Shown here piece after piece: positions 10,394-19,979 of a stretch of 64,000 bases of DNA. Under the pieces are notes generated by a model. The model was not told the origin of the DNA. It did not search any database and was given only the letters and a program-made list of their open reading frames with translations. The stretch comes from an archaeon. GTDB lineage: Archaea > Asgardarchaeota > Thorarchaeia > Thorarchaeales > Thorarchaeaceae. Where the stretch lies: positions 17,796 through 81,795 of the forward strand of contig JAJRZD010000012.1 in assembly GCA_024275415.1 (NCBI GenBank), read 5' to 3'. Made by a program: the position numbers and the translations under genes. Within the stretch, counting starts at the first letter, position 1. Each line of letters begins with the position of its first letter.

Positions 10394-13300
10394 TCATTCT
10401 TCGACTAATTTTCCAAGATTCTGTTGCAGTACCTCTAATTCATAGTCTGAATGAGGATCAACTACAAAGCAGGACATGATGACTCGTTTCTCGCCAGATG
10501 GCATAATCCGTGAATTGCCAATCACTCCAAGTATGGTCATGCTCTCGATCGCCAGACCCATGACACTCGGCCTTGCATCCGAGTGAACCAATGCAAGACC
10601 TTCACTCACTCCATCATCACCCTCATTATGTATCCACAGGATATTGTTTTGAGGCATGGACATGGATGGCATACCCATCTGATAGTGGTCTGTCATACGA
10701 CCGCCGACCTCTGCACGGAATGCGGTATTTGGTAGTCCCCCGTTGAACCCTGGATCAACCACAAAAGAAGGCGCTGCTCCTAATGGTGATTCCGTGGTAT
10801 TATCGACAATCCACCTAGTCAGCACAAGGGGACATCCTGGGAGCGTGAGATACTGGACACTCATCCGTACACCACGTGTGGATTGCTGCTTGGTTCCAAC
10901 CCACGAGATTTCAACTCCTTTCCACACTCCTACTGCAACAGGTTTCCCTTCCATGGTTTCCTTGTTCGTGAGAGCATTGGTGAGTTCCTCGTCGAAGGAT
11001 TGATCCCATATAATTGGCTGTATCCCTCCATAGTAATTACTGAGAAATCCTCCTGGTCTTGCCTCAGCGGTGGGAAACGTCGAGATTAAGAGTTCAGTGC
11101 CTCTGGCATTCTTCAACGAGTAAAGACATCCTCCATACTCGTGCGAAACCTTGAACTCAATGACACCATTCTTCACTAGGTAGCTCTTGAGTCCTTGGTC
11201 TTCAATCTGAGTTATCGCGACCTCTCCTTTTGATGTGCCAAGTCCAAGTATGTGAAGGGGAAATTCTTGATCGGTAAAGCCTCTCAGACGAACCGTTCCT
11301 TCTTGGACGAAAAAACCTCCATCCTTGTTAGCCCTTTGTGAAACACTGACAATGAATTCCTGAGAGTCTTGAAGAACCTGATTCTCTAGTCGGTTCGTCT
11401 TCGCCCCTTGGGCGCCATCTTCGCTTATCTGAAGCGTTGCCTCCCACCCTTCAGGGACAGTGACCTCGATATCCACAGGCAAGGGAATCTCTATCGCCTT
11501 GTTGAAGGTCACCTTTGCTGTCGCATCTGACCCGTTATGAGAGATGGCGGAATCAACTGATAGGTCGATGATGCCATGCGTTTCTGGTGCTGGGCGGTAT
11601 GACATGTCGGGGTATTCCTTCGCCACTCTCGACTGCCATATCGTTTGTATCGAGAGCCAATCAGGCTCTCCAAAAGCCATCCCAATCTGTGAAATCATGC
11701 GTCTTTCTTTCGGGGCAAGTTTCACATGAGGGTACTGGAGCATATTGAGCTGGTTGGTTCCAATTCGAATCTCCTCAACACTGTCCTTGTCCCAGAATTG
11801 CCCTTTTGTCGAACGCCGACTTGAGATTGCAATCCATCCTTCACTGAATGCACTGGGAGAGGATGAGATAGCAGGGTATCCGTACGCCATCTTGACGGTA
11901 GAGTCAACAATGATTCGTTCCTTCAATGGAAGAACTTTGGTTCCTGTGGTGAAACCGATACCAGTTCCCCCACCATAAACACGAAGTTGGAAATCATGAG
12001 ATTCGTCACCTGTATTTGTTACCCATACCTGATGAATAATGATACCTGTGCCGTATTCGAATATGACACGATCCTCAACTGTGAGGGGGCGTTCTGGATG
12101 CTCTCCGACCATTGTGAGAACAAGAGATTCTTTCTCAAAGGACTCGTGAATCTCACGAGGAGCGAATCGAAATGAGTCGAGCCCAAAAGGAGGACCAATC
12201 TGAGACCGCAGCTGAAAGGCACCTGCAAAGAGATCCTCGGAATCGTTGGCTGTAAGGATACCCCCCTCATAACTTGCTGATGCAAAGTACTTGCTTGTAG
12301 CAACTACCTTCCTCAGCCGAATCTCATCATCGCTAATAGCGACAGTACCATTCTCAAGACAGTAGATGGGGAACCGGAACCTTCGAGTGCTCAATGACAG
12401 GTCGCGAGGCCCCTCCAACTCCAAGTGCATAAGCAATTCATGAGTACCACTGGGCAGTGATGGCGAAGCATGCGCCACAATCGTCGCCCCAGAGATGCCC
12501 TCGGGCTGGACTGTGATATCCACTGATGAGGGCTGCACCTTGATCAGGTCGGTCGAGCTTTCAATAACAAGCCTTCCTGATATCGGGAAACTAGCAGAGC
12601 TGATGATGGAAAGGGGGAGTGTCGTGTCACCACCAGCAGCAATCCGACTGTGTCTTGCGACGTTTCTAATTTCGGCAGCCGGCTTGATGACGAGACCCGT
12701 ACGCAACAAGGATTTTGTTCCACCGAGTTCGACCTCTGTATCAATTGTAGGAGTCCTGAGATTTCTTCTGTGGATTGGGGCATCCGAAGAAACTGTGAAG
12801 GGAACCTCCCATACCGTTTCGCTGCTCGCCTTGACGACAAGCCTTTGCTTGGTGGTCTTATCAAAATGGATTGCATCAATACTGGAGATGCTCACTCCAA
12901 TCTCGATGTCATCATGTGTGTCGTTCTCTATCTTTAGGAAGTACTTCGAGGGCACACCGCAGAGAACAATGTGATCTAGTACACTACAGCGTACCGCAAT
13001 CCTAGCACCATCAACGATTCTGTCAATGGCCGTGATATGACGGGAGTGTTTATCGACGACGACCGATAGCACATTGTCTTCGTACATGAAACGATAGGGG
13101 AATATCTCCATGCCGTCCTCCTTGAAGTCGTCGGGTGCTTGCACGATATCGCGCTGGAGGACATCATACCATATCAGATGTTCAGGGAGTGTGTCGAAGA
13201 AAGGCTTAGTGAGAGGGTGTTCAAGGATGCCAGGAATATAGCTTTCCATCTGGACTCCATCACCGGTAGGATTCCACATCATCCCCACTTTCTTGTAGAG

Positions 13301-13729
13301 TGGTACAGCCCGCATGTTCCCGGGCCATGTGTTGAGATCAACCCGAGTCTTACCATGTTGCTGAGAAATCTCGATTGCTCGCAAGAGGAGCTTCTTGCCT
13401 ACTTTTTTGTTCAATGCTTCAGGGGAAACGCCAAGAGTGCCGACATATGCTGCATCATTGTCCCTCCAGTGGTGATGCAATGTGCAGGATCCTACTGGTT
13501 TGTTCGTGGCGGTGTCAATTGCGATGAGGATAGCTATGGCTGCCATCGTGCCAAATTGCTTCTTGATCCTATCCTCGTCGTAGGGGACGCCTTGAGTGTA
13601 ACCTCCGGGCCAGAGGTCGTCCCAGCCATTGTACATTTCTGCAAGATCCTTTGCCAGATCGTCGGAATATTGGACTATGCGGATATCCTTCTGTTCACTC
13701 ATGATAGGTTGCACCATTCCCATTATCAA
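10394..13729 (-). CDS. Large (1111 aa) cytoplasmic protein: N-terminal GNAT acetyltransferase domain fused to ~950 aa of uncharacterised beta-rich domains
   Basis: N-terminal GNAT motifs are present (AIAILIAIDTATNKPVGSCTL...YVGTLGVSPEALNKKVGKKLLLRAIEISQQHG). There is no signal peptide. The remainder has no motif I can place. Confidence 0.6.
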   Translation of the reverse strand: MIMGMVQPIMSEQKDIRIVQYSDDLAKDLAEMYNGWDDLWPGGYTQGVPYDEDRIKKQFGTMAAIAILIAIDTATNKPVGSCTLHHHWRDNDAAYVGTLGVSPEALNKKVGKKLLLRAIEISQQHGKTRVDLNTWPGNMRAVPLYKKVGMMWNPTGDGVQMESYIPGILEHPLTKPFFDTLPEHLIWYDVLQRDIVQAPDDFKEDGMEIFPYRFMYEDNVLSVVVDKHSRHITAIDRIVDGARIAVRCSVLDHIVLCGVPSKYFLKIENDTHDDIEIGVSISSIDAIHFDKTTKQRLVVKASSETVWEVPFTVSSDAPIHRRNLRTPTIDTEVELGGTKSLLRTGLVIKPAAEIRNVARHSRIAAGGDTTLPLSIISSASFPISGRLVIESSTDLIKVQPSSVDITVQPEGISGATIVAHASPSLPSGTHELLMHLELEGPRDLSLSTRRFRFPIYCLENGTVAISDDEIRLRKVVATSKYFASASYEGGILTANDSEDLFAGAFQLRSQIGPPFGLDSFRFAPREIHESFEKESLVLTMVGEHPERPLTVEDRVIFEYGTGIIIHQVWVTNTGDESHDFQLRVYGGGTGIGFTTGTKVLPLKERIIVDSTVKMAYGYPAISSSPSAFSEGWIAISSRRSTKGQFWDKDSVEEIRIGTNQLNMLQYPHVKLAPKERRMISQIGMAFGEPDWLSIQTIWQSRVAKEYPDMSYRPAPETHGIIDLSVDSAISHNGSDATAKVTFNKAIEIPLPVDIEVTVPEGWEATLQISEDGAQGAKTNRLENQVLQDSQEFIVSVSQRANKDGGFFVQEGTVRLRGFTDQEFPLHILGLGTSKGEVAITQIEDQGLKSYLVKNGVIEFKVSHEYGGCLYSLKNARGTELLISTFPTAEARPGGFLSNYYGGIQPIIWDQSFDEELTNALTNKETMEGKPVAVGVWKGVEISWVGTKQQSTRGVRMSVQYLTLPGCPLVLTRWIVDNTTESPLGAAPSFVVDPGFNGGLPNTAFRAEVGGRMTDHYQMGMPSMSMPQNNILWIHNEGDDGVSEGLALVHSDARPSVMGLAIESMTILGVIGNSRIMPSGEKRVIMSCFVVDPHSDYELEVLQQNLGKLVEE

Positions 13730-13865
13730 AGGGCTTTTGGTTCAAGCATGAACCACTGATAATGATGGATGGTCACCTGATATTACTCTTCTGAGCAAAA
13801 GTGACCACTGCGATGGCGCTTGCAGTAAGAGTTATCCCCTGATGGTACTCTAAGTGTTCTGAGAG

Positions 13866-16268
13866 ATGACTACCAAGAGATACTATTCTGCTTGTGCGTT
13901 GAATTGCCCCGACATCTGTGCTTACGTCGTGCATGTCGAGGATGGACGAGTGGTCAGGATAGAAGGTGATGAGAAACACCCGTACACGTTGGGGCGTTGT
14001 TGTCCGAAGGGATATGCTCATGTGTTGAGAACATACTCGGAGGATAGACTGCTATATCCCATGAGAAAACAGTCAGACGGGACATTCAAGAGGGTTTCAT
14101 GGAACGAAGCATTAGACGAGATAGCAAAACGAATGAGGACAGCCAAACAAGAGCATGGTCCCATATCAGTGGGTGTCTACTCCGGCTCAGGAAACGATGG
14201 GATGGCTCCAAGGTACGCCGCACGGTTCGCTAATGTGTTCGGTTGCAGGATGATCCCAGGGATTGTCGAGATATGCTTCGAGGGAGCATACGAAGGTGCT
14301 CGGTTCAATGTGGGCGCATTCCCGCCCCACGAACTCAGTGACTGGGCGAACTCGCGTTGCATTGTCATATGGGGAACGAACAAGTTCGAGTCAAGCATTC
14401 ATAGCAAGAGGGTTATCAACGAAGCAATCTCAAAGGGTGCAAAACTCATCGTTATCGACCCAAGAAAGACACCATACGCAAAGATGGCAGACATCCATAC
14501 CACCATCCGTCCTGGGACTGATGGGGCTCTTGCATTGGGGATTGCGAACGAGATTATCCGAAGAGGTCTCTACGACCACGAGTTCGTGAAGCAGCATGTC
14601 CTTGGGTTCGATGAGTACAAGAAAAGAGTATCTGAGTATTCCAAGGAGAAGGTCAGTGAGATTACATGGGTCGATGTCAACATGATAGAACGGATCGCAG
14701 TAACGTTTGCGACTCATGGTCCTGCCCTTATCACAACTGCTCCCGCAGGAATGAATCATTATACCAATGGCACATGGGCGGCTAGAGCAGTCCATAGCCT
14801 ACTGGCGATTTGTGGGTATCTCGGGGTCTCAGGAGGAGGGTTCCAATACCTTTCCTCGGATAACAGCCCCTTCAATGGCAAGGCTATCACACTTGATCAT
14901 CTACTTGATGAGGGTGTCAAGCCTATCGTCCCATCGGGAACTTACATCCCTGATTACGTACTGAACCATAACGACCCACCACTTGAAGTCTTGGTCATTC
15001 AGGCAGCTAGTCCGCTCACTCAATGGCCCAATACAAACAAGGCGATTGAAGCGTTAGAGAAGATTCCATTCAAGGTCTGTATCGACTTGGAGCTGACAGA
15101 CACTGCAAAGTTGTGCGACATCGTCCTGCCTGCAACGTTCATCTTCGAACATCACAACCTCGTTCACAGCGAGTTACATAGGATTGTCCAGTATGCACCA
15201 AAGATAATCGAGCCTGTAGGAGAAGCGAAAAGCGAACTGGATATCTGGAAAGGATTGGCGGAACGTCTAGGTTTCGCAGACTACTTCAAAATCACTGAGA
15301 TTGATGCAATCAAGCTGGCACTCCAATCAGAAGAATGCACACATATCACACTGGAGAGCCTGATGGAGCATCCAGAAGGGATTCGGACAAGCGCCCCTTC
15401 AATAGTCTTCGAAGACAGGAATTTTGGCACTCCTTCGGGAAAGGTCGAACTGTACTCCGAGTCATTGGAACGGTTGGGATATGACCCGCTCCCATTCCAC
15501 GAAGAACCGGCTGAGAGTCCTGTTGCGAACCCGGATGTTTTTAACGAGTTCCCTTTGATCATGATATCAGGGCGACTGCGTGAAAGGCTTCATTCTCAAT
15601 ATACAACTGTCGAGGTCGGGGGCAAAGTGAAGAGCTTTGCCTATTGTACGAGCTGCCAGAAGTGCATCAAGGAGTGTCCGGATAAGGCGATAGCACTGGT
15701 TCCTCCCAGTGTGAAACAGATCTCAAAAGTTTCAGGGCAAGAGATGTCGATGGCTCCAATGCGTCAGACCCTTGGGGATTTGGTGAGAAACCTCGCTGTC
15801 AGAGTACATAATGCCACGATTGACATACCATCAGACATCACAAGTCTACAAGTGCCGGTCTGGGACTCTAAGAAGTGTATTGGCTGTCGAGAGTGCGCTC
15901 TGGATGTTTGTCCATACGATGTGATTGAGCCACCTATTCGAATGCCCTCAAGAAAAGAATCCGAAAAGAACCGCATGTATCTGCTGATGCACCCTGCAAC
16001 GGCGGAGTTTCTTAGGCTAAAGGATGGTGATAGAGTGGATATAAAATCTCGACGAGGGCGGATAGAAAACGCACGATTACGTTTGACCAAGGACATTGAC
16101 CACAGAGTCGTGTGGTCATCAGATGGCTGGTGGCATGAAGACGGCAACATCAACTTCCTGACGGATGACAAGCATACAGCCTTCGGACATACACCAGGGT
16201 TCAATTCAGTCCTAGTCATGGTTTCAAAAGCGGAATCATTGGGAACACAGAACCCTTCCAATTCATAA
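13866..16268 (+). CDS. Molybdopterin (bis-MGD) oxidoreductase, formate-dehydrogenase-like catalytic subunit with inserted 2x[4Fe-4S] ferredoxin-type module
   Basis: The N-terminal MopB Fe4S4 motif is CALNCPDICAYV...GRCCPKG. The ORF continues with the molybdopterin oxidoreductase body. Internal ferredoxin motifs are CTSCQKCIKECP and CIGCRECALDVCP. A C-terminal MGD-binding beta-barrel is present (RRGRIENARLRLTKDIDHRVVW). No Tat signal and no Sec/TGA codon are seen. Confidence 0.75.
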   Translation: MTTKRYYSACALNCPDICAYVVHVEDGRVVRIEGDEKHPYTLGRCCPKGYAHVLRTYSEDRLLYPMRKQSDGTFKRVSWNEALDEIAKRMRTAKQEHGPISVGVYSGSGNDGMAPRYAARFANVFGCRMIPGIVEICFEGAYEGARFNVGAFPPHELSDWANSRCIVIWGTNKFESSIHSKRVINEAISKGAKLIVIDPRKTPYAKMADIHTTIRPGTDGALALGIANEIIRRGLYDHEFVKQHVLGFDEYKKRVSEYSKEKVSEITWVDVNMIERIAVTFATHGPALITTAPAGMNHYTNGTWAARAVHSLLAICGYLGVSGGGFQYLSSDNSPFNGKAITLDHLLDEGVKPIVPSGTYIPDYVLNHNDPPLEVLVIQAASPLTQWPNTNKAIEALEKIPFKVCIDLELTDTAKLCDIVLPATFIFEHHNLVHSELHRIVQYAPKIIEPVGEAKSELDIWKGLAERLGFADYFKITEIDAIKLALQSEECTHITLESLMEHPEGIRTSAPSIVFEDRNFGTPSGKVELYSESLERLGYDPLPFHEEPAESPVANPDVFNEFPLIMISGRLRERLHSQYTTVEVGGKVKSFAYCTSCQKCIKECPDKAIALVPPSVKQISKVSGQEMSMAPMRQTLGDLVRNLAVRVHNATIDIPSDITSLQVPVWDSKKCIGCRECALDVCPYDVIEPPIRMPSRKESEKNRMYLLMHPATAEFLRLKDGDRVDIKSRRGRIENARLRLTKDIDHRVVWSSDGWWHEDGNINFLTDDKHTAFGHTPGFNSVLVMVSKAESLGTQNPSNS

Positions 16269-16357
16269 CTAAGTTCAGAGGTCGGTCAGAAAAAACCTAT
16301 AGGATGGATCTCGGATAGAAAATTGCAGAGCTTCACAAGGGCACACCTAGAAACGAA

Positions 16358-16636
16358 ATGAGGTATTCTGGGAGATATAAGATGGGACATGACAGATTAG
16401 GACACTATAGCGTCTGTGAGAAGTCATTGCAGGTGACAAAAAAGAAGGCAGAAACGGATGATGACGTTCTTGCACTCGTTGTATTCGGGAGCTATGCTAG
16501 AGGCAAGCCCTACGATGATGTAGATATGGCAGTTGTCATATGGCCCTCAAGAACCGATTCACGTTGCATCTCATTCGCTGAGAGAATGGAACGATTTTCG
16601 CCTTCGATATTATTTGTATCTGGAAGGGATTCTTGA
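16358..16636 (+). CDS. Minimal nucleotidyltransferase (MNT/MntA-like antitoxin-type), orphan
   Basis: The NTase motif VLALVVFGSYARGKPYDDVDMAVV (GS...D.D) is present. No adjacent HEPN partner is found. Confidence 0.55.
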   Translation: MRYSGRYKMGHDRLGHYSVCEKSLQVTKKKAETDDDVLALVVFGSYARGKPYDDVDMAVVIWPSRTDSRCISFAERMERFSPSILFVSGRDS

Positions 16637-16936
16637 TGAATGAGCGACTCTTGGTTCAGATAGAAGAGGATGACCCGGCACAGGATAGGTAATCTCGTAT
16701 GCCTCCTTCGGGAATCCGTAATAATCGTAGAACACGTGCAGGTTTCGTGCTCCCAGCAAGGTCGCTTCACTCTCTTCCCAATGGGCACTTGTCACGACTA
16801 TTACATCAGGTATGGTCAATTGGTCAGGAAGACGCTGCATGAACTCAATCATCATCACATGGCTTGGGTCGCCAAGTATTGACAATGGGCCACCACCATG
16901 GGAGAGGTAGACTATCTCGACCATTTCAAAAAACAA
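16610..16936 (-). pseudogene. Truncated extradiol ring-cleavage dioxygenase class III (LigB / DOPA 4,5-dioxygenase YgiD-like), N-terminal ~40% only
   Basis: VYLSHGGGPLSILGD...VIVVTSAHWEESEATLLGARNLHVFYDYYGFPKEAYEITYPVPGHP aligns with E. coli YgiD residues ~15-110. It then drifts to ...PRVAHSSRIPSRYK-stop after 108 aa, where family members are ~260 aa. No continuation is found in the other frames. The 3' end overlaps the MNT gene. Confidence 0.6.
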
Positions 16937-17157
16937 AACTCCTAGTTGACAGATTAGTCATTCGACCAGTCTTCCGAATCATTACTATTTGTCCATGTGG
17001 CAGGAGGTTATGCAATGCACTCACTTGCGGTGCTCACATCTTAGTACATTGCGACCAAGAGTTCATGCCTGCTTCAAGATTGACGACCTTGCTCAATTCA
17101 CTCAGAGTCCCTTCCAATATCAGACAGGACAACTGTTACGTTCAGTGCTACCTCGAT

Positions 17158-17765
17158 TCAATTGTAGAATTCGACACCTTGGTCAATGTCGGAATGTACA
17201 TTCGTGCCGTCCTTTGTCCTGCCTTCTTCGTAGGTTGTACGGGATTCCATCGGAGCAACCGAGATGATTTTCGCAATCCCATGATATTCAAGGAGTTTCC
17301 TGTTAGAGATGTCGTTCCCTTGCTCATCTTGGATAATCCATTCATGTCCAGGCTCTATTGAGTCAAATTGCCAATCTTTCAAGCACGCCTCTCGAAAAGT
17401 GTCATCATCATCTTGAAGTATGTTCTTTGTTCTGTTCAAGTAATGTGAACTTTCAAGCACGCCTCTCGAAAAGTGTCATCATCATCACCATTGACAATGA
17501 CTTCTTTGCCAGTGTAAGCATCAATAACCACCCGCTGAATCAGAGAAGGATCTCGCGCTTCAGGAACCCGTCGTCTGAACCGAAAATCATCGGATATGAG
17601 AGTACTCTGTCCTGTTAAGAAAATCAGTAAAACTGACAGTGCCAGGCCAACTGACATCAGAAAACCAGTATATACCGGCATTGCCAATGAGATACCAGTT
17701 GTTGTCACAGCAATAACGACGATACACATGACTAGATAGCCAAAGTTTGTTTTTCTCGCTCTCAA
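17158..17765 (-). pseudogene. Membrane protein gene (2 TM + soluble domain) split into two ORFs by a 74-bp insertion
   Basis: ORF 17436..17765 ends ...NGDDDDTFREACLKVHIT-stop. ORF 17158..17460 begins (GTG) ...QDDDDTFREACLKDWQFDSIEPGHEW. The shared peptide is encoded by two perfect 37-bp direct repeats. Removing 17413..17486 restores one ~190-aa frame. Confidence 0.55.
17376..17486. repeat. Two perfect 37-bp direct repeats (ctttcaagcacgcctctcgaaaagtgtcatcatcatc) at 17376-17412 and 17450-17486 flanking a 37-bp unrelated spacer
   Basis: Read directly from the sequence. The period is 74 bp. The spacer ttgaagtatgttctttgttctgttcaagtaatgtgaa matches neither flank. Confidence 0.9.
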
Positions 17766-17839
17766 AAGGTCATAGGCCCCCTAAAGGTTTAATGAGGTTG
17801 TAATATAGTTCCACCAAGTTTCACTGTTACTTCGTTCAC

Positions 17840-18685
17840 TTGAAAGGTTATATAATTTTCAATGCCGAGCGAGGAATAATACAATACAACGAGGGGTTAT
17901 ATTTGATACACACAGCCACAGATGAGGATGTGCAAGAAGCGCTATCGATTGTGACGCAGGAGCCGCTTGAGAACATCACACTCATCGCAGACCTCACACA
18001 GCTACGAGATTGGTGCGACATTCGAGCCTGTAGACAGGATGGCAGAATAAGGGGGATCTTTGCTCTATACCATGATCTAGACTTCCTTGCAGGAGCGTTC
18101 TGGGCTGAGAGCAGCAGTATCCTAAGTGCGCTCGTCAATGATTACGGCCAGAAATTGAAGAGAGCCCAGATGGTCTTCATCTGCACAGAGGAGCATCTCG
18201 AAACCATCCGTCAAGTAGCCAAGAGTGTCGATGCCATCAAGGAACGACAAATGGTCATGGATTGTCACTCGCAACTAATGTGTGACAGTTCCATCCGAGC
18301 CGACCTGCTGACCTTTGAGGATACGGAGGATCTCAGGGAACTGTATCACCTCTCGGGAACCCCTGCATGGACTCCCAATGCATTGAAACTTGGGCCGTTC
18401 TTTGGGGTGCGGGATGACAGAGGAAAGGTCGTTTCGGTAGCGGGAGTGCATTTCGTCAACCAATACAGTGCAGAGATTGGGAACATCGCGACACACCCTG
18501 AACATAGAAGGAAAGGTTATGCTCAAAGCTCGGTGGCTGCTGTGACGAAAGAATTGCTCAATGAATCAGATACAGTAGTTCTTCATTTCTTCGATGACAA
18601 TATCGCAGCCCAGAAGCTCTATGAGAAAATGGGGTTCAGGTACTCGTCTGCCGACCCAATCTACTTCACTAAGGTGGAGTTCTAA
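17840..18685 (+). CDS. GNAT family N-acetyltransferase with N-terminal uncharacterised domain
   Basis: C-terminal motif EIGNIATHPEHRRKGYAQSSVAAVTKELLNE...AAQKLYEKMGF. Confidence 0.7.
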   Translation: MKGYIIFNAERGIIQYNEGLYLIHTATDEDVQEALSIVTQEPLENITLIADLTQLRDWCDIRACRQDGRIRGIFALYHDLDFLAGAFWAESSSILSALVNDYGQKLKRAQMVFICTEEHLETIRQVAKSVDAIKERQMVMDCHSQLMCDSSIRADLLTFEDTEDLRELYHLSGTPAWTPNALKLGPFFGVRDDRGKVVSVAGVHFVNQYSAEIGNIATHPEHRRKGYAQSSVAAVTKELLNESDTVVLHFFDDNIAAQKLYEKMGFRYSSADPIYFTKVEF

Positions 18686-18695
18686 GGGACATCTA

Positions 18696-19979
18696 TCACA
18701 TGAACACGAATGCGACGGCGATACAATACACTGTGATGATTACCAGATGCAGGAGTGCCAGAGGAAATACAACTTTGGTGAACTGCTTGAATGAGATTGG
18801 ACGACGCCCTTTTTCTGCTAGATCCATCGCAATCATGTTGGGAGCATCGCCAAAGGGAATCGTGTACCCACCGATGTTCGTCCCTGCGAGAAGAGCCATC
18901 GGGACAACAGGATTCAGGTCTCCGAGTTGCAGCGCCAGAGGAGAGAGGACGGCTGCGATTGGAATGTTATCGACTACAGACAGGGCAAAGCCAGGAACCC
19001 ACACCATGAAAATGATAGCAATGAAGATGTTACCACCAGTCAGATAGCCCAGCCCGCTTGCAAGTCCATCGACTATGCCTGTGATGTTAAGTGACACGAC
19101 TAGCCCAAACAGACCAATTAGGAAGAAGATGGTGTCCCATGAAAGCTGCCTGATGAAATCCTTAGCCCGTTTCTCTGAGAATACCAGCATCCCTGATGCT
19201 ACTAACAACGCAATCATCGTCACATCAATTCCAGCTCCAGGTGCGAACATGAATCCTGTCAGCAGGACAAGCATTGCAATAAGTGAAAGGTAGAAATCCC
19301 TCCTCGAATTGATCATGGTTGCAGGCGGGATAAGGAAAATGAAGTCTGACTCATGCGAGTCATCATCGACCAATGAATCTTTGAAGATATGAAGTAGGAT
19401 AGGAATGGTGATGAAGAACAGGATGAGGGCAAGGGGCATCAGGATGATGAACATCAGGCTCGCATTCACGCCAGTCCAGAGGGCAATGACCAGGTTGGGC
19501 ACAGATCCTACGATTGTTGGGATAGATGCAAAGTTGGCGACCACGACCTCAGAGATGAGCAGCGGTCGAAAGTCCATATCGATTGCCCGACAGATTTCCA
19601 CTGTGAAGGTGCCCATTACGAGCATAGTAGGTAGCGGGTCGAGGAACAGGGAGATGCCAAACACGAAGCCTAGCATGGTAAGGAAGACTTTCTTTGGGTT
19701 CCCTTGCGTCCGGTGTAACAGGACTAGGGCGAGATACTGGAACATCCCCGAACTTGCTGCAACAGCAACGATGATGAGCATCGCAGCAATGAACATGATG
19801 GAGTTCCATTCTATCGCAGCAAGGAAGCTCCCGAAGCTTATCCCGTCAAGCGAAAAGAGCACTATCCCTGCGAACGACATCCCAAAGAGGGCAACTGCTG
19901 TCTCGTCAATTCGCTCTGACATTATCACGATTAGCGTGACAACAAATATGATCAGGATAAGAACCGCTGAAAGCCCCAT
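18696..19979 (-). CDS. Ion transporter superfamily permease (ArsB/NhaD/CitMHS-like), ~12 TM
   Basis: The ORF is 427 aa and almost entirely hydrophobic helices. It has a two-repeat architecture with a central hydrophilic loop (KDSLVDDDSHESD). Confidence 0.5.
   Translation of the reverse strand: MGLSAVLILIIFVVTLIVIMSERIDETAVALFGMSFAGIVLFSLDGISFGSFLAAIEWNSIMFIAAMLIIVAVAASSGMFQYLALVLLHRTQGNPKKVFLTMLGFVFGISLFLDPLPTMLVMGTFTVEICRAIDMDFRPLLISEVVVANFASIPTIVGSVPNLVIALWTGVNASLMFIILMPLALILFFITIPILLHIFKDSLVDDDSHESDFIFLIPPATMINSRRDFYLSLIAMLVLLTGFMFAPGAGIDVTMIALLVASGMLVFSEKRAKDFIRQLSWDTIFFLIGLFGLVVSLNITGIVDGLASGLGYLTGGNIFIAIIFMVWVPGFALSVVDNIPIAAVLSPLALQLGDLNPVVPMALLAGTNIGGYTIPFGDAPNMIAMDLAEKGRRPISFKQFTKVVFPLALLHLVIITVYCIAVAFVFM

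Noticed and set aside
16864-17361. 165-aa + strand ORF between the dioxygenase fragment and the split membrane gene
   Set aside because: It is Cys/Arg-rich with no motif. It overlaps the - strand pseudogene ORFs. It is likely a non-coding degraded region.
17376-17486. Repeat-spacer-repeat with 37-bp repeats and 37-bp spacer considered as a mini CRISPR array
   Set aside because: Only two repeats are present. They lie inside a coding frame where they encode a sensible peptide (DDDDTFREACLK). No cas genes or leader are nearby. It is treated as an insertion or duplication scar instead.
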